Source: Campylobacterota bacterium
GTDB lineage: Bacteria > Campylobacterota > Campylobacteria > Campylobacterales > Sulfurovaceae
Length of the DNA stretch: 31,940 nucleotides
Direction of reading: 5' to 3'
NCBI GenBank assembly: GCA_034722955.1
Contig: JAYEOM010000118.1
Coordinates: forward strand, 1 to 31,940
Made by a program: the position numbers and the translations under genes. Within the stretch, counting starts at the first letter, position 1; every line of letters begins with the position of its first letter. Below, in pieces: positions 1-10,549 of the stretch. The notes beneath the pieces were generated by a model. It was not told where the DNA came from. It did no database searches and worked only from the letters and a program-made list of their open reading frames with translations.

Positions 1-19
1 CCAAGAGGGCAATCTTCAC
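1..19 (-). CDS. Probable 5' end of a gene leaving the window (GTG start, MKIALLG...), product unknown
   Basis: Minus strand reads GGAG-aattatatttt-GTG AAG ATT GCC CTC TTG G, with TATAAT at 59-64 upstream. Only 6 codons are visible. Confidence 0.4.
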
Positions 20-105
20 AAAATATAATTCTCCAATTAGCTATGGCTAGTCCTACGAATTATATTTTGCAAATCTTACCCTCTTGGTGACTTCTATTTG
101 TGTGT

Positions 106-1116
106 TTATCTCCTTGGGGTAGCCTTACTCCATATCATGATATCTACCCCTTTTCTATGGGTATGCAAAAAATGCAATGTTTTGTCTATACTATAGCTTA
201 GGTTATGTGTCGAGAGTTTGGGGGTTTGATAAGTAAGATACCAATCTATCCGCTCGTCCAAGACTCTGAGCATCCCCTCACCACCCTCTACGATGACAAA
301 AGATGGTCTATCCAAGAGGTTTAAATTATTGCTCACTTGTACCTTTCGCCCCTCTATGCCAAAGAGCGGTATATCTCTATCGAAGTTATCTTGTCGTGAG
401 TAGATAACTATATCGGGAGCATCGCCGGCACTAAAACGACAATCAAGAGTAGGTCTATCGTATCGTACAGTACCGCCACCTATCAGAAGTCTGTCACACA
501 CTTCACGCATCTCGTGGACATGCTCTAGTGACTCCTTAGAGCTGAGATATCCGCCTCCTATGCGTCCGTTTGTAGTCTGTGCAAGCTTGAAGAGTACAAA
601 AGCCCTCTTTTGCCATATCAAAAATGGCTCTATAAGCTCTCTAGCTTCATCCTCCATCACACCGACCTCTACCTCTACACCCGATGCCATGAGCATCTCT
701 ATACCACCACCATGTCCCTCGATGGGGTCTCTAAGTGCTACTATGACTTTTTGCAGTGATAGCACCTCTAGCAGTGAGGCACAAGAGGGGGTCTGACCCC
801 TGTGACTACATGGTTCTAGCGTAACATAGATAGCACACTGAGCAAAAAAATATTGGGGGAGTTCTCTGAGAAATGCATGTGCTTTTTCTGCATCAAACTT
901 ATCAAATATTATCTTTTTTCCAGATATATTCTCATAAGCTGTAAGCAGTGCCAACACTTCCGCATGTGAAGTTCCAGCCTTTTGATGGGCTTCGATGGCA
1001 ATAATTTCACCACTGAGTGCAACCAATGCACCAACAGCAGGATTAGGATAGGTGACTCCTTGATACTCCCAAGCTTTTCTGATAACAAGCTGCATCAAGA
1101 GTGCATCAAAGTGCAT
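106..1116 (-). CDS. ribD: Bifunctional riboflavin biosynthesis deaminase/reductase RibD
   Basis: TYPNPAVGA, HAE and YVTLEPCSHRGQTPSC Zn-deaminase motifs; reductase half with KLAQTTNG, GGGTVRYDRPTL and VEGG. Confidence 0.95.
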   Translation of the reverse strand: MHFDALLMQLVIRKAWEYQGVTYPNPAVGALVALSGEIIAIEAHQKAGTSHAEVLALLTAYENISGKKIIFDKFDAEKAHAFLRELPQYFFAQCAIYVTLEPCSHRGQTPSCASLLEVLSLQKVIVALRDPIEGHGGGIEMLMASGVEVEVGVMEDEARELIEPFLIWQKRAFVLFKLAQTTNGRIGGGYLSSKESLEHVHEMREVCDRLLIGGGTVRYDRPTLDCRFSAGDAPDIVIYSRQDNFDRDIPLFGIEGRKVQVSNNLNLLDRPSFVIVEGGEGMLRVLDERIDWYLTYQTPKLSTHNLSYSIDKTLHFLHTHRKGVDIMIWSKATPRR

Positions 1117-1125
1117 AATTCGGGC

Positions 1126-1560
1126 TTAACTGTTCCAGTCAAAATAGGTCTTTGCTGTACCGATCTCACCATAAGCATAAGACTCTTCACCATGTTTGGT
1201 CTCTACAGTAACTCCCTTCTCATCAGCACTTTTCAATGTACCTTTGAGTCTATCTTGACCAGGAACTCTGAGTTTAACCTTTTCACCTATTGCTGATTGG
1301 AAATGCGATGGATTGCGAAGTTTTCTCTCTATCCCCGGAGAACTAACCTCCAATCTGTACGGAGAGTTCATAGGAGGATGAACATCCAAAAACGGAGAGA
1401 GTGCATTGGATATTTCAGCACATAGGTCTAGGGAGATACCGCCTTTTTGGGTGATTGAGATACGGAAGATTGTCTCCTCTCCCTCCGTCACCACTTCACT
1501 ATCATAAAAAACTGCTCCATTTGCTTTTACAATCTTTGCGATCTCACTATCAAGATTCAT
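1126..1560 (-). CDS. rimP: Ribosome maturation factor RimP
   Basis: GISLDLCAEIS and YRLEVSSPGIERKL motifs; 144 aa; next to rbfA/infB. Confidence 0.95.
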   Translation of the reverse strand: MNLDSEIAKIVKANGAVFYDSEVVTEGEETIFRISITQKGGISLDLCAEISNALSPFLDVHPPMNSPYRLEVSSPGIERKLRNPSHFQSAIGEKVKLRVPGQDRLKGTLKSADEKGVTVETKHGEESYAYGEIGTAKTYFDWNS

Positions 1561-1942
1561 CTATCTGATCTCCTCTCTTGGCACTACCGGTTGATCTGCC
1601 CTCTATCTGCTTGAATAGATCTTCTATACGATTGATCTTTTCAAGCTGATGATCAAACTCAAAGGTCATACGGGGAGCTTTGAACCACCCCTCCATCTGC
1701 TTGCATTGATTTTGTATGTATCCTGCAACACTGCGAAGTTGTTTTAGTGCTTCTCGTTGCTCCTTTTCATTCAAGAAAGAGGGCTCTATATAGACTTTGG
1801 CATCGCTGCGACCTTTGGAGCATACCACATCAGTTACGAGCAGAGAGTTAATACGACTATCATCGAGTGTTCCCAGTGCTTCGGGTATGATCTCTTTGAG
1901 TACAGACTCTACACGGTGTCGCTTGATCTCTTCTTGTGTCAT
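1550..1942 (-). CDS. rbfA: 30S ribosome-binding factor RbfA
   Basis: RVESVLKEII...VTDVVCSKGRSDAKVY...PRMTFEFD pattern; directly downstream of infB. Confidence 0.93.
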   Translation of the reverse strand: MTQEEIKRHRVESVLKEIIPEALGTLDDSRINSLLVTDVVCSKGRSDAKVYIEPSFLNEKEQREALKQLRSVAGYIQNQCKQMEGWFKAPRMTFEFDHQLEKINRIEDLFKQIEGRSTGSAKRGDQIDES

Positions 1943-4593
1943 AGTGCGACTTGCTCCTCCACATCCTTGAAGGTTTCAAAAGTATCACCGGCTTTAAGAT
2001 CATTATAATTCTCTATCATAATACCACACTCAAAACCATTTTTGACCTCTTTGGCATCTTCGGTAAATCGTTTCAAAGATGAGATGGTGCTAGTATATAT
2101 CACTACACCGTCACGAATCAAGCGTACTTTACTTCCTCGTGTAATGATACCATCAGTTACTTTGGATCCTGCGATAGTCCCAACCTTGCCTACAACAAAT
2201 GTTTCACGAACTTCAGCTTGACCGGTAATCTCTTCACTTACTACCGGACTCATCATACCACCTAGGAGTGCTCTAACATCATCAAGAAGATCATATATGA
2301 TGGAGTATGATTTTATCTCAACACCCAACTCTTTAGCTCTCCTCTTGACTTCACCGGTCGGTCTGACATTAAACCCAAGGATTACAGAGTTTTCGCTTGC
2401 ATCAGCCAAAGTAACATCACTCTCTGTCACTCCACCGACACCTTCATGGATAACATTGACTTTTACCTCTTCATTTTTCAGCTTATCCAAACTTCCCTTG
2501 ATCGCTTCGAGTGAACCCTGTACATCAGCTTTGATGATCACAGGAAGAGATTTGAGTTGCCCCTCTGCAATCAACGCAGAGAGATCATCTAGTGTAGCTT
2601 TCGTACTCTTAGAGAGCTGTTTTGCACGGGCATACTCTGCTCGTTTTCCTGCCAACTCCTTCGTCTCTCGCTCACTCTCCATCGCTACAAGCACATCACC
2701 TGCCGCAGGGACTTCATTGAGTCCAACTACTGAGACAGGTGTTCCGGGTCCGACATCTTTTTGTATAACTCCATCATCATTTCGCATAGTCCTGATACGA
2801 CCATAAGTATTTCCTACGATAACCGTATCACCGACATAAAGTGTTCCATTTTTGATGATGATATTAGCAACAGGACCAAAGCCTTTTTCGAGAGAACTCT
2901 CTACAACGATCGCTTTTGCAAGTCGTGATGGATCTGCTTGCAACTCCATCATTTCAGCTTGCAACAAGATCACATCTAAAAGCTCATCGATCCCCTCACC
3001 AGTATGAGCAGATACATTGATAAATTCATTTTCACCACCCCAATCAACTGCAAGTACATCCATCTCAGCCAATTGTGATTTCACCATATCAGGATTTGCA
3101 CTTGGTTTGTCGATCTTGTTGATCGCTATGATTGTAGGCACACCTGCTGCTTTTGCATGAGAGATAGCTTCGCGTGTTTGTGGCTTGACTCCATCATCTG
3201 CTGCTACAACGACAATAACGATATCCGTCGCCTGTGCTCCACGAGAACGCATCTCAGTAAAGGCTTCGTGACCAGGTGTATCAACAAAGGTGATCTTTTT
3301 CCCATTTTTTTCTACTTGATAAGCTCCTACATGCTGTGTAATTCCGCCGGCTTCTCTATCTGCTACTTTGGCAGAACGAATCTTGTCGAGAAGGGAAGTC
3401 TTACCATGATCTACATGCCCCATGATAGTAATCACAGGTGGTCTCTCTACATGATTTAGATCCTCTATCGCATCATAAGTTGCAGAGTAGTCCAGTGCAT
3501 CGAGAGGATTGATAGTAGTTACTTCAACCTCGAACTCTTCAGACAGGATCTCTATATCATCTTTATCAAGGAAGTCATTTTTTGTCACCATAGTACCAAG
3601 AGCAAAAAGTACTTTAACCACTTCACCTACACTCTTGCCAACTTTTTCGGCAAACTCATAGACTCTTACATTTTCAGGGATCTCGACCACACTGATCTTT
3701 GCACTCTCCTCTTCAGGTCTCTTGTATGTCTTTCTCTTCTTTCTGCCTCTGCTAAATGAACGATTTTGCTGAGGTCGGAAAGCATTGACTTGAGCTCCTC
3801 TCTTCTTCTGTTCAGCTTTGCGTCTCTCGTCTTGTCTTTTCATCTCTTCATAGATATTCTTGTCACTAAAATCCAGTAGTACTACCTCTGCATCATTATA
3901 GATCTCATCACTGCCGCCAAACTCTCCGCCACCCATAATATCAAGTTTTTCACCACTCTCTTTGGCTTCTGCCGCCCTCTTGGGTCTCTTCTTCTTGGAA
4001 GGAAGTGGTGCACTCTCTGACATAGTGATCTTTTTCTTGACTGGAGCTCGTTTTGCTTTTCTGACGATTGTGATGCCACCACGGGAGAGAGATTTTTTCC
4101 TTGGACCCTTTCTCTCTTCAGTTTTTTCTACTTTTTGCTCTTTAACTGCAGGCTTATCATCCGCCTTCTCTTTAATCTCTACCTCTTTTTCCGTGACTTT
4201 TTCTACTAATGCCTCTTTAGAAGTCTCGACTTTATCAGGAGATGATGCCAAGTCCTCTATAGCTGGCTCCTCTAACTTCGGCTCCTTCTCTATCTCCACT
4301 TTGGCTCTCTCTTTGACCTCTTTGGTTACCTCTTCTTTTTTTATAGGTGCTTCAGGGGTCTCTTCTTTAATCTTCTTTTTTACTATAGTAATCTTAGATT
4401 TTGGAGTAGGTTTTTTGAAATTTTTTGGTAATGTACCATTGATAGCATAATCGACAAGTATCCCTGCCTCCTCTACACTGATAGTACTGTTTGCTGCTTT
4501 TACACTGTATCCTAGCTCTTTGGCTTTTCCCAACAATTGACCGTTGGAGAGACCTGCCTCATCTGCGATCTCTTGGATTTTAACTTTATCCAT
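1939..4593 (-). CDS. infB: Translation initiation factor IF-2
   Basis: [40 protein letters not shown] and KADVQGS motifs; charged N-terminal extension; 884 aa. Confidence 0.99.
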   Translation of the reverse strand: MDKVKIQEIADEAGLSNGQLLGKAKELGYSVKAANSTISVEEAGILVDYAINGTLPKNFKKPTPKSKITIVKKKIKEETPEAPIKKEEVTKEVKERAKVEIEKEPKLEEPAIEDLASSPDKVETSKEALVEKVTEKEVEIKEKADDKPAVKEQKVEKTEERKGPRKKSLSRGGITIVRKAKRAPVKKKITMSESAPLPSKKKRPKRAAEAKESGEKLDIMGGGEFGGSDEIYNDAEVVLLDFSDKNIYEEMKRQDERRKAEQKKRGAQVNAFRPQQNRSFSRGRKKRKTYKRPEEESAKISVVEIPENVRVYEFAEKVGKSVGEVVKVLFALGTMVTKNDFLDKDDIEILSEEFEVEVTTINPLDALDYSATYDAIEDLNHVERPPVITIMGHVDHGKTSLLDKIRSAKVADREAGGITQHVGAYQVEKNGKKITFVDTPGHEAFTEMRSRGAQATDIVIVVVAADDGVKPQTREAISHAKAAGVPTIIAINKIDKPSANPDMVKSQLAEMDVLAVDWGGENEFINVSAHTGEGIDELLDVILLQAEMMELQADPSRLAKAIVVESSLEKGFGPVANIIIKNGTLYVGDTVIVGNTYGRIRTMRNDDGVIQKDVGPGTPVSVVGLNEVPAAGDVLVAMESERETKELAGKRAEYARAKQLSKSTKATLDDLSALIAEGQLKSLPVIIKADVQGSLEAIKGSLDKLKNEEVKVNVIHEGVGGVTESDVTLADASENSVILGFNVRPTGEVKRRAKELGVEIKSYSIIYDLLDDVRALLGGMMSPVVSEEITGQAEVRETFVVGKVGTIAGSKVTDGIITRGSKVRLIRDGVVIYTSTISSLKRFTEDAKEVKNGFECGIMIENYNDLKAGDTFETFKDVEEQVAL

Positions 4594-4828
4594 TCTTTAC
4601 TAACTCCTTTAAAAACTTAACAAATCGCTCTCTATCTTGCTTAAAACGCTTCGTTAAACCTTTGATCTTTTTTTCATTATTGATACAGTCATGACAAAGA
4701 TAAAAGCTCCGTCCATATCCCCGATATGTGGTGATTATATTGGCATCTTGTTGCAATCTGACCATTAAATTTTGAGCATTTCTCTGGCGACAAGAGAGAC
4801 ACATACGAATTGGTTTTCTATTTTTCAC
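4586..4828 (-). CDS. YlxR/DUF448 family RNA-binding protein
   Basis: PIRMCLSCR...GRSFYLCHDC motif; canonical position upstream of infB; GTG start. Confidence 0.88.
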   Translation of the reverse strand: MKNRKPIRMCLSCRQRNAQNLMVRLQQDANIITTYRGYGRSFYLCHDCINNEKKIKGLTKRFKQDRERFVKFLKELVKNG

Positions 4829-4831
4829 AAT

Positions 4832-4837
4832 ATTATA
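4832..4837 (-). promoter_or_regulatory. Putative sigma70 -10 box (TATAAT) upstream of ylxR-infB
   Basis: Perfect TATAAT on the minus strand in the thrB-ylxR gap. Confidence 0.45.
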
Positions 4838-4849
4838 CCCAAAAAGAGT

Positions 4850-5731
4850 TTAACTCTTTGCAGTAGCACCGTAATTATCAAATGCTTTGTCAAAAACCCT
4901 AAACCTAGGAAACTTATTTTGCAATAGATTAGCTATCTTATCTGCATCTTCAGCATAACAGAGTGTAAAAAAAGTTGATCCGCTACCTGAGAGTGTACTC
5001 ATCAAAGCACCATGTTTCAGTGCCAATCTCTGCACCTCAAAAAGCTCAGGCATCATCTTCATCCGTCTATTTTGATGTAGTTTATCTTTGGATGCTATAC
5101 GCAATAGGTCCCAGGATTCAGTCATAAAAAGTCCTGTCATAAATGCAGCACGAGAGAGTGAATAGATTGTCTCCTCTTTTTTGTAAACTTTAGGCAGGAC
5201 TGTACGAGATCTTGCTGTTGAGATAGTTCTATTTGGGATAACCAATACCGCTCGAAGATAGTCAGGCATACGGCGCTTTTTACTATATACACGATCACCC
5301 TCTACACATGCGACATTAAATCCACCCATAACTGCCGGTGTGATATTATCAGGATGATGCTCATAGCGTAATGCTCTATTGAGAATCTCTCGTTTGTTAT
5401 ATTTGATACCAGCTGCGGTATAGGCTGCCACCAGTGAAGCTACTATTACAGCTGAAGAGCTCCCTAAACCTCTTGATATAGGTATACGATTAGTAAATTC
5501 AAAACGAAAGAGTGCCTCTTTTTTGGTCAGTCGCCTATAGTTTTCATTGAAAATATTCAAAAAAAGTGTATTTTTTTTGATTCTAGGATTATCTGCACCC
5601 TCTCCTTGTGTCGAGACACTCAAGAATTGCGAAGGTTTGATGACAATCTCATTTCGCAGATCAATGGCCACCCCAAGAGTATCAAATCCTGGTCCAAGAT
5701 TGGCACTAGTTGCTGGTACGCTTATAAGCAC
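4850..5731 (-). CDS. thrB: Homoserine kinase
   Basis: [28 protein letters not shown] and LSGSGST GHMP kinase motifs. Confidence 0.97.
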   Translation of the reverse strand: MLISVPATSANLGPGFDTLGVAIDLRNEIVIKPSQFLSVSTQGEGADNPRIKKNTLFLNIFNENYRRLTKKEALFRFEFTNRIPISRGLGSSSAVIVASLVAAYTAAGIKYNKREILNRALRYEHHPDNITPAVMGGFNVACVEGDRVYSKKRRMPDYLRAVLVIPNRTISTARSRTVLPKVYKKEETIYSLSRAAFMTGLFMTESWDLLRIASKDKLHQNRRMKMMPELFEVQRLALKHGALMSTLSGSGSTFFTLCYAEDADKIANLLQNKFPRFRVFDKAFDNYGATAKS

Positions 5732-5787
5732 AGATAAACCCTTTTCTCTTTTGTATTTAATCTCTATTGCATATTTCGGGCTTAACC

Positions 5788-6255
5788 CTAAACAGCAGGC
5801 AGCACATAGTCTGGTATCGAAACCTCATCGATAGAGAGTCCATCTAGTGATAGAGGCAATGCAAATTTTTGAAGGATCACTTCATCAAACTTTTGCGTTA
5901 TTATAGTTTCTTTTTCTTTGACAAAATAGAGGTTTCCCATAGCTTTGATAGGTCTATCTCCATTAAAAGCAAAAGCACTGCATCCATAGAAGGGGATATC
6001 TTTGACTATCTCTATGGTTTTCAAAATAATATATGTCAACTTGATTGCCATATAGCTCCCAGGTCCACGCGTATAGAGTATACGAGAGAGAGGAAATTGA
6101 TCCATAACTTCTTCTATCAAATGAAGAAGAATATCTGAACTCTTTCTATCGCTCTCCACTCTCTTGACCAACCTGCTGTTTTGATAGACTCCCAATATCA
6201 GAGGCGAAGAGATAGAGAGTATCAGCAGGGTATAATCAGGCGAAGCTTTTTGCAA
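5788..6255 (-). CDS. Short TsaB-like protein (t6A biosynthesis, glycoprotease family; Campylobacterota form)
   Basis: [13 protein letters not shown] matches the TsaB GPGSxTGxR region; the lpxC-[this gene]-thrB order is typical of Helicobacter/Campylobacter. The true start may be a few codons downstream. Confidence 0.8.
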   Translation of the reverse strand: MQKASPDYTLLILSISSPLILGVYQNSRLVKRVESDRKSSDILLHLIEEVMDQFPLSRILYTRGPGSYMAIKLTYIILKTIEIVKDIPFYGCSAFAFNGDRPIKAMGNLYFVKEKETIITQKFDEVILQKFALPLSLDGLSIDEVSIPDYVLPAV

Positions 6256-7120
6256 ACTCTCTACTCTGCAACGACTCTATCGCTACCATCTCATAGCTAC
6301 TGCTATCGGCGAGCAGTGCTGATGTCAAGAGATAGTTGAGTCTATGACTTCCCGCAGATGAACTATAGCTTCCTAAAATATTGTATCCCGACACCATCAT
6401 ATCACCCATCGCATCAAGAATCTTATGACGAACAAATTCATTTTCAAAACGCAACCCTTCAGGATTGAGTATTTTGTGATCATCCAAGCCTATAGCGTTT
6501 TGCAAGGTTGCGCCCAGTGCTAGATTTTGGCTTTGAAGATACTGTATATCTTTAGCAAAACCAAATGTCCTAGCACGAGCTATCTCATTTATAAATCCTG
6601 ATCTGCTAAATTCAAATTTCTCTTTTTGATGACCTATAACAGGGTGTTCAAAATCAATTTCAAAGTTAAAAGTTGCACTATTTGATGGTGATAGACGAAC
6701 AAATTTATCTCCATCTCTCACCTCTACCTCTTTTTTGATACGAATAACCTGTTTGCTTCGATCCTGATTTTGAACACCTGCTTCATCTAGCAAGAGACAA
6801 AAACTGATAGCACTGCCATCCATCACAGGCATCTCGTTACCATCAATAATCACACGAAGATTGTCTATGCCATAAGCGTAGATGACAGAGAGGAAATGCT
6901 CTATGGTAGAGATAGAACCTCTCTCGTTGCCGATTACAGTCGCCATCTGTGTATTGACTACATTTTTCGGAGAGAGAGGAATACTCATCACCAAATCCTC
7001 ACGATAGAAGACAATCCCTGCATCAACGCCCAATGGTTCGAGTCTTAGCCTTATAGGCTCACCTTTGTGAAGACCTATACCGATCAACTCAACAGGCTGT
7101 GCTATAGTTCTCTGCTGCAT
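6236..7120 (-). CDS. lpxC: UDP-3-O-acyl-N-acetylglucosamine deacetylase
   Basis: MQQRTI, GIGLHKG, STIEH, PVMDGSA, IARARTFGF and RHKILDAMGD motifs. Confidence 0.98.
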   Translation of the reverse strand: MQQRTIAQPVELIGIGLHKGEPIRLRLEPLGVDAGIVFYREDLVMSIPLSPKNVVNTQMATVIGNERGSISTIEHFLSVIYAYGIDNLRVIIDGNEMPVMDGSAISFCLLLDEAGVQNQDRSKQVIRIKKEVEVRDGDKFVRLSPSNSATFNFEIDFEHPVIGHQKEKFEFSRSGFINEIARARTFGFAKDIQYLQSQNLALGATLQNAIGLDDHKILNPEGLRFENEFVRHKILDAMGDMMVSGYNILGSYSSSAGSHRLNYLLTSALLADSSSYEMVAIESLQSREFAKSFA

Positions 7121-7177
7121 TTTTATCTCCTGCTTGTCCCTCTCGACATAGTCGCCCTGTGAACAATTTATTTACGC

Positions 7178-7186
7178 ATTATAACA
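7178..7186 (-). promoter_or_regulatory. Extended -10 promoter (TGTTATAAT) for lpxC
   Basis: TGnTATAAT about 58 nt upstream of the lpxC ATG. Confidence 0.6.
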
Positions 7187-7211
7187 CAAAATCATCAAAC
7201 TTCAAAATAGT

Positions 7212-8615
7212 CTATTTTTTACTACTGTCGCCATTAAGGATAATTGTATCTGCATCTATGAATATCTTATCGATATTATTATTGATCCATTTGCCATCAA
7301 GCCACTCTATTGGTCTCACTTCAATCCCTTGAATAAGGATACCAAAATGCAGATGATCCCCTAGAGCCAGCCCTGTCACCCCTGTTTTGGCGATCACTTC
7401 ACCTCTCTGTACCTCATCACCCTCTTTGACACTCATCGATGAGCAGTGGCCATAGAGAGTATAGAGTCCAAGCCCATGATCTATAATAGGCATATTGCCA
7501 TAGATACCATTATAGCCTGCGAAGACTACTTCTCCAGAGTTGGATGTAGCTATAGGTGCCATTTTTGTGCTAGCCATATCATAGCCCAAGTGATAAGACT
7601 CGGAGATTACTCTTTTTTTATCTCTATAATAGTAGTAACGATGATCTCCAAAATTCGCTACTTTCTGACCATTTTTAAGAGGATAAAACTTCTTGATCTT
7701 CCATCCATCAAGCATCTCGTCAGATACATTAGAGGTATATTCATGGATCAAGTTTTCATTATCTATACGCATAGTTTCATTGACCGCTTTGACTCTTTCG
7801 ATTCGATCTTCTTTCATATATCTGGGCGACTGTTCTGCCAAATCACTTATCTTTCCATCAATAAACCTATCTGATGCCTTGATCAGTGAAGTTTTATATC
7901 GTCTATTTTTGAGATAAAATGGAATCTCAGCCCTCCGTCTGTTTCCTGCCTTGTCTTGGGCAAATACTATAGCTTGGAAACTATCCTGAGTAAATGGCCA
8001 AGCTACAAGAGCAGCATAGTACCCCTCTCTCTTGTAGGGTTGTACTTTAAACTTTTTGCCTCCTGCTTGGATATAGAGCTTAGCAAGTGCATCATCATCA
8101 GATGCTTGGAAGACTACTAGAGCACTTCCCCCTTGTCTAATACTGTAGGAGTTTGCAAGGACATTGATATTGGGTCGTCGATAATCGATCTTTAACTTGA
8201 CAACCTCCTCTGCACTATTGCCAACAAGATAGTTCCATCTGCTACTATCTGAGACTTTGATCTTCAGTGTTAATACTTTTGCCTTCTTATCAAGTTTTCC
8301 CTTTGGATACTTCACGAGTATCTTCTTGGCTTTGATACCTCCTAGGTCATCGCCTACTGCTATGGGTACCTCTTTTTTCCCATCACTAAGCGTCAGTTGA
8401 TAACTTTTTAAGCCAAAATTATCTGATAGTGTCACCTTGAGCGGTTTTTTAGTATTCCAATAACTATACTTTGGTATCTCAATAGTAGGTGGTGTACGCT
8501 CAAAATCCTCGGCTATGAAATATATATAAACTGCTGCTGCTATGCCACCACTCAATAGTAGCATTAAGAGTATTATCCACCCTATTTTGCTTTTTTTTTG
8601 TCCTCTTCTTCTCAA
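7212..8615 (-). CDS. M23 family metallopeptidase with N-terminal membrane anchor (Pgp3/HP1054-like)
   Basis: HLGYD and HLHF Zn motifs, YGH, N-terminal TM helix. Likely TTG start at 8615 after GGAGAG, overlapping the upstream TGA (the ORF track starts at 8627). Confidence 0.9.
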   Translation of the reverse strand: MRRRGQKKSKIGWIILLMLLLSGGIAAAVYIYFIAEDFERTPPTIEIPKYSYWNTKKPLKVTLSDNFGLKSYQLTLSDGKKEVPIAVGDDLGGIKAKKILVKYPKGKLDKKAKVLTLKIKVSDSSRWNYLVGNSAEEVVKLKIDYRRPNINVLANSYSIRQGGSALVVFQASDDDALAKLYIQAGGKKFKVQPYKREGYYAALVAWPFTQDSFQAIVFAQDKAGNRRRAEIPFYLKNRRYKTSLIKASDRFIDGKISDLAEQSPRYMKEDRIERVKAVNETMRIDNENLIHEYTSNVSDEMLDGWKIKKFYPLKNGQKVANFGDHRYYYYRDKKRVISESYHLGYDMASTKMAPIATSNSGEVVFAGYNGIYGNMPIIDHGLGLYTLYGHCSSMSVKEGDEVQRGEVIAKTGVTGLALGDHLHFGILIQGIEVRPIEWLDGKWINNNIDKIFIDADTIILNGDSSKK

Positions 8616-9556
8616 AACTCTCTCCATCCTAATGTGTCAATTCTTTTTAGAATTCTATCTAAAATCTCTTCAACACTCCCAAACTTTTGAGTAAATCCCG
8701 AAGCATATCTATGTCCACCACCACCAAAATATCTAGCCACTATAGAGATATCCTCTTTTTTACTTCGTAGAGAGACTCTAATATCCTTATCATATCTAAC
8801 CAGCAATATCCCCACCTCTACAGTCACCAAAGAGCGAGCATACTCTACGATACCATCGAGATCACTCATCCTAGCTCCTGCTGCACTGATCATATCTTGA
8901 TCTATTATGATAGAGGCTACTGTAGCATCACGATGCAGCTCCAGCGATCCCAATGCTCTCCCCAATATTCGCAGCGAAGCTAGTGAGCGACGCTGAGTTA
9001 GATTGAAGCCTACTCTCTTCTGATTGGCACCTAGAGATATAAGCTCATGAGCAAAAGCGAAGGTGCTCTCATCAACACTCTCGATGGTGAAATAGTTAGT
9101 ATCTGATACCAATGCGGTATAAAAACAGGTTGCTATATCGCTTGAAATATGGAATTGCTCTTTTGTCAAACTATAAACTACCTGAGAAGTGGCACTCATA
9201 TCACAATCAACTAAATTTAGCGTACCATAGTTTTGGTTGGTATGGTGATGATCTATATTGATGATCACTCGACCCAAGAGGTCAAAACCCAACCTATCCA
9301 TACTCCCACAGTCACATGCTATGATCAAACTTTTATCATAACTTATCTGTCGTTTTATCTTGGAAAAGTTTGGTAAAAAGTCTAAATGCATCGGTATGTC
9401 CACAGAGTGGTTCACAACCTCAACCTGCTTGCCATAGCCCCGTAGGAGAGCATACAACCCCAAAGAGCTCCCTATCGCATCTGCATCAGGATTTATATGA
9501 GAGAGGATAGTGATAGTGCGGTGAGAATCTATGAGCTCTTTGAGTGTTAAATTCAT
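8612..9556 (-). CDS. DHH/DHHA1 family phosphoesterase (NrnA-like nanoRNase/pAp phosphatase)
   Basis: SHINPDADAIGS, IDHH, SLRS and GGGGHRYASG motifs. Confidence 0.93.
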   Translation of the reverse strand: MNLTLKELIDSHRTITILSHINPDADAIGSSLGLYALLRGYGKQVEVVNHSVDIPMHLDFLPNFSKIKRQISYDKSLIIACDCGSMDRLGFDLLGRVIINIDHHHTNQNYGTLNLVDCDMSATSQVVYSLTKEQFHISSDIATCFYTALVSDTNYFTIESVDESTFAFAHELISLGANQKRVGFNLTQRRSLASLRILGRALGSLELHRDATVASIIIDQDMISAAGARMSDLDGIVEYARSLVTVEVGILLVRYDKDIRVSLRSKKEDISIVARYFGGGGHRYASGFTQKFGSVEEILDRILKRIDTLGWREF

Positions 9557-9561
9557 AAGAG

Positions 9562-10386
9562 TTACTTCCCCTCTACCTTCATAGACAAATCTATCCAGTT
9601 AGCCTGATGAATGATACTCCCCGAAGAGATAGCATCTACACCTGTTTGGGCTATCGCCTCGATAGTCTCAAGCGTCACATTACCACTCGCTTCTAGTAGT
9701 ACATGAGGATAGTTAGCATTGCGATACTCTACTACTTCACGCGTCATCTCCAAGCTCATATTGTCACACATCACGATATCCGCTCCTGCCTTCATGGCTC
9801 TCTGTGCCATACTCATATCTTCACACTCTATCTCTACCTTGGAGGTGAAGGGTATCTTGAGTCGCACCTCTGCCATAAAACTATCTAAGTCATCAATAGT
9901 CTGCAAGTGTGTATCCTTGAGCATCAATGAGTCATCAAGCCCCATACGGTGGTTTATCCCCCCACCACATCGCACTGCATACTTCTCAAACTCTCTCAGC
10001 AGTGGTCGCGTCTTGCGCGTATCGAGGAGCTTGACATCTGTATGAGCGATAGCACCAACATATTGAGCCGTCAGCGTCGCAATAGAGCTAGCGTGAAGTA
10101 CAATATCTAGTATCGATCTCTCCAAGGAGAGTATAGTCTTGGAGTCCCCACTCAAATAGAGCAGTTTCTCCCCGACCGCAAACTGCTCACCATCATCAAA
10201 CCCCCACTCACACACCAGCCCATACATTTCAGCCAATACATCTACATACTCCCGACCTCCCATCACCCCATCACTCTTGGCGATGATGTATGCACTGATG
10301 GAACTACTCTGGCTAATGCGAGAGAAGAGATCACCCCTGCCGAGATCTTCTGCTATCAGATCTTTTAGAAATTGTTGTTTTTGCAT
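9562..10386 (-). CDS. nadC: Quinolinate phosphoribosyltransferase (carboxylating nicotinate-nucleotide diphosphorylase)
   Basis: LLDTRKTRP, NHRMGLDD, KDTH, EIECE, MCDN and EASGNV motifs. Confidence 0.97.
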   Translation of the reverse strand: MQKQQFLKDLIAEDLGRGDLFSRISQSSSISAYIIAKSDGVMGGREYVDVLAEMYGLVCEWGFDDGEQFAVGEKLLYLSGDSKTILSLERSILDIVLHASSIATLTAQYVGAIAHTDVKLLDTRKTRPLLREFEKYAVRCGGGINHRMGLDDSLMLKDTHLQTIDDLDSFMAEVRLKIPFTSKVEIECEDMSMAQRAMKAGADIVMCDNMSLEMTREVVEYRNANYPHVLLEASGNVTLETIEAIAQTGVDAISSGSIIHQANWIDLSMKVEGK

Positions 10387-10415
10387 TTTTTGGTCTCCTC
10401 TATACTTTTCTTAAT

Positions 10416-10421
10416 ATTATA
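10416..10421 (-). promoter_or_regulatory. Putative -10 box (TATAAT) upstream of nadC
   Basis: TATAAT about 30 nt before the ATG, followed by a GAGGAG RBS. Confidence 0.5.
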
Positions 10422-10549
10422 CACTATCGGGTCTCTAGCTATGGGTCTACCACTCTTGATATCTGCTGTAGTCAGAATCAGTAACACCAAATATCAAAAC
10501 ACCACCATAATCTACTCTTCATATAATACAAATAGCATACCTCATCACC

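Noticed and set aside
8591..8599. A9 tract near the 5' end of the M23 peptidase as a phase-variation switch
   Set aside because: It is in frame and encodes Gln-Lys-Lys in an AT-rich genome; phase variation in this phylum mostly uses poly-G/C tracts.
10387..10549. Small gene or riboswitch between nadA and nadC
   Set aside because: Minus-strand frames are very short and I saw no convincing structure; a simple promoter explains the gap. Absence of nadB here is uninformative because it may lie elsewhere.
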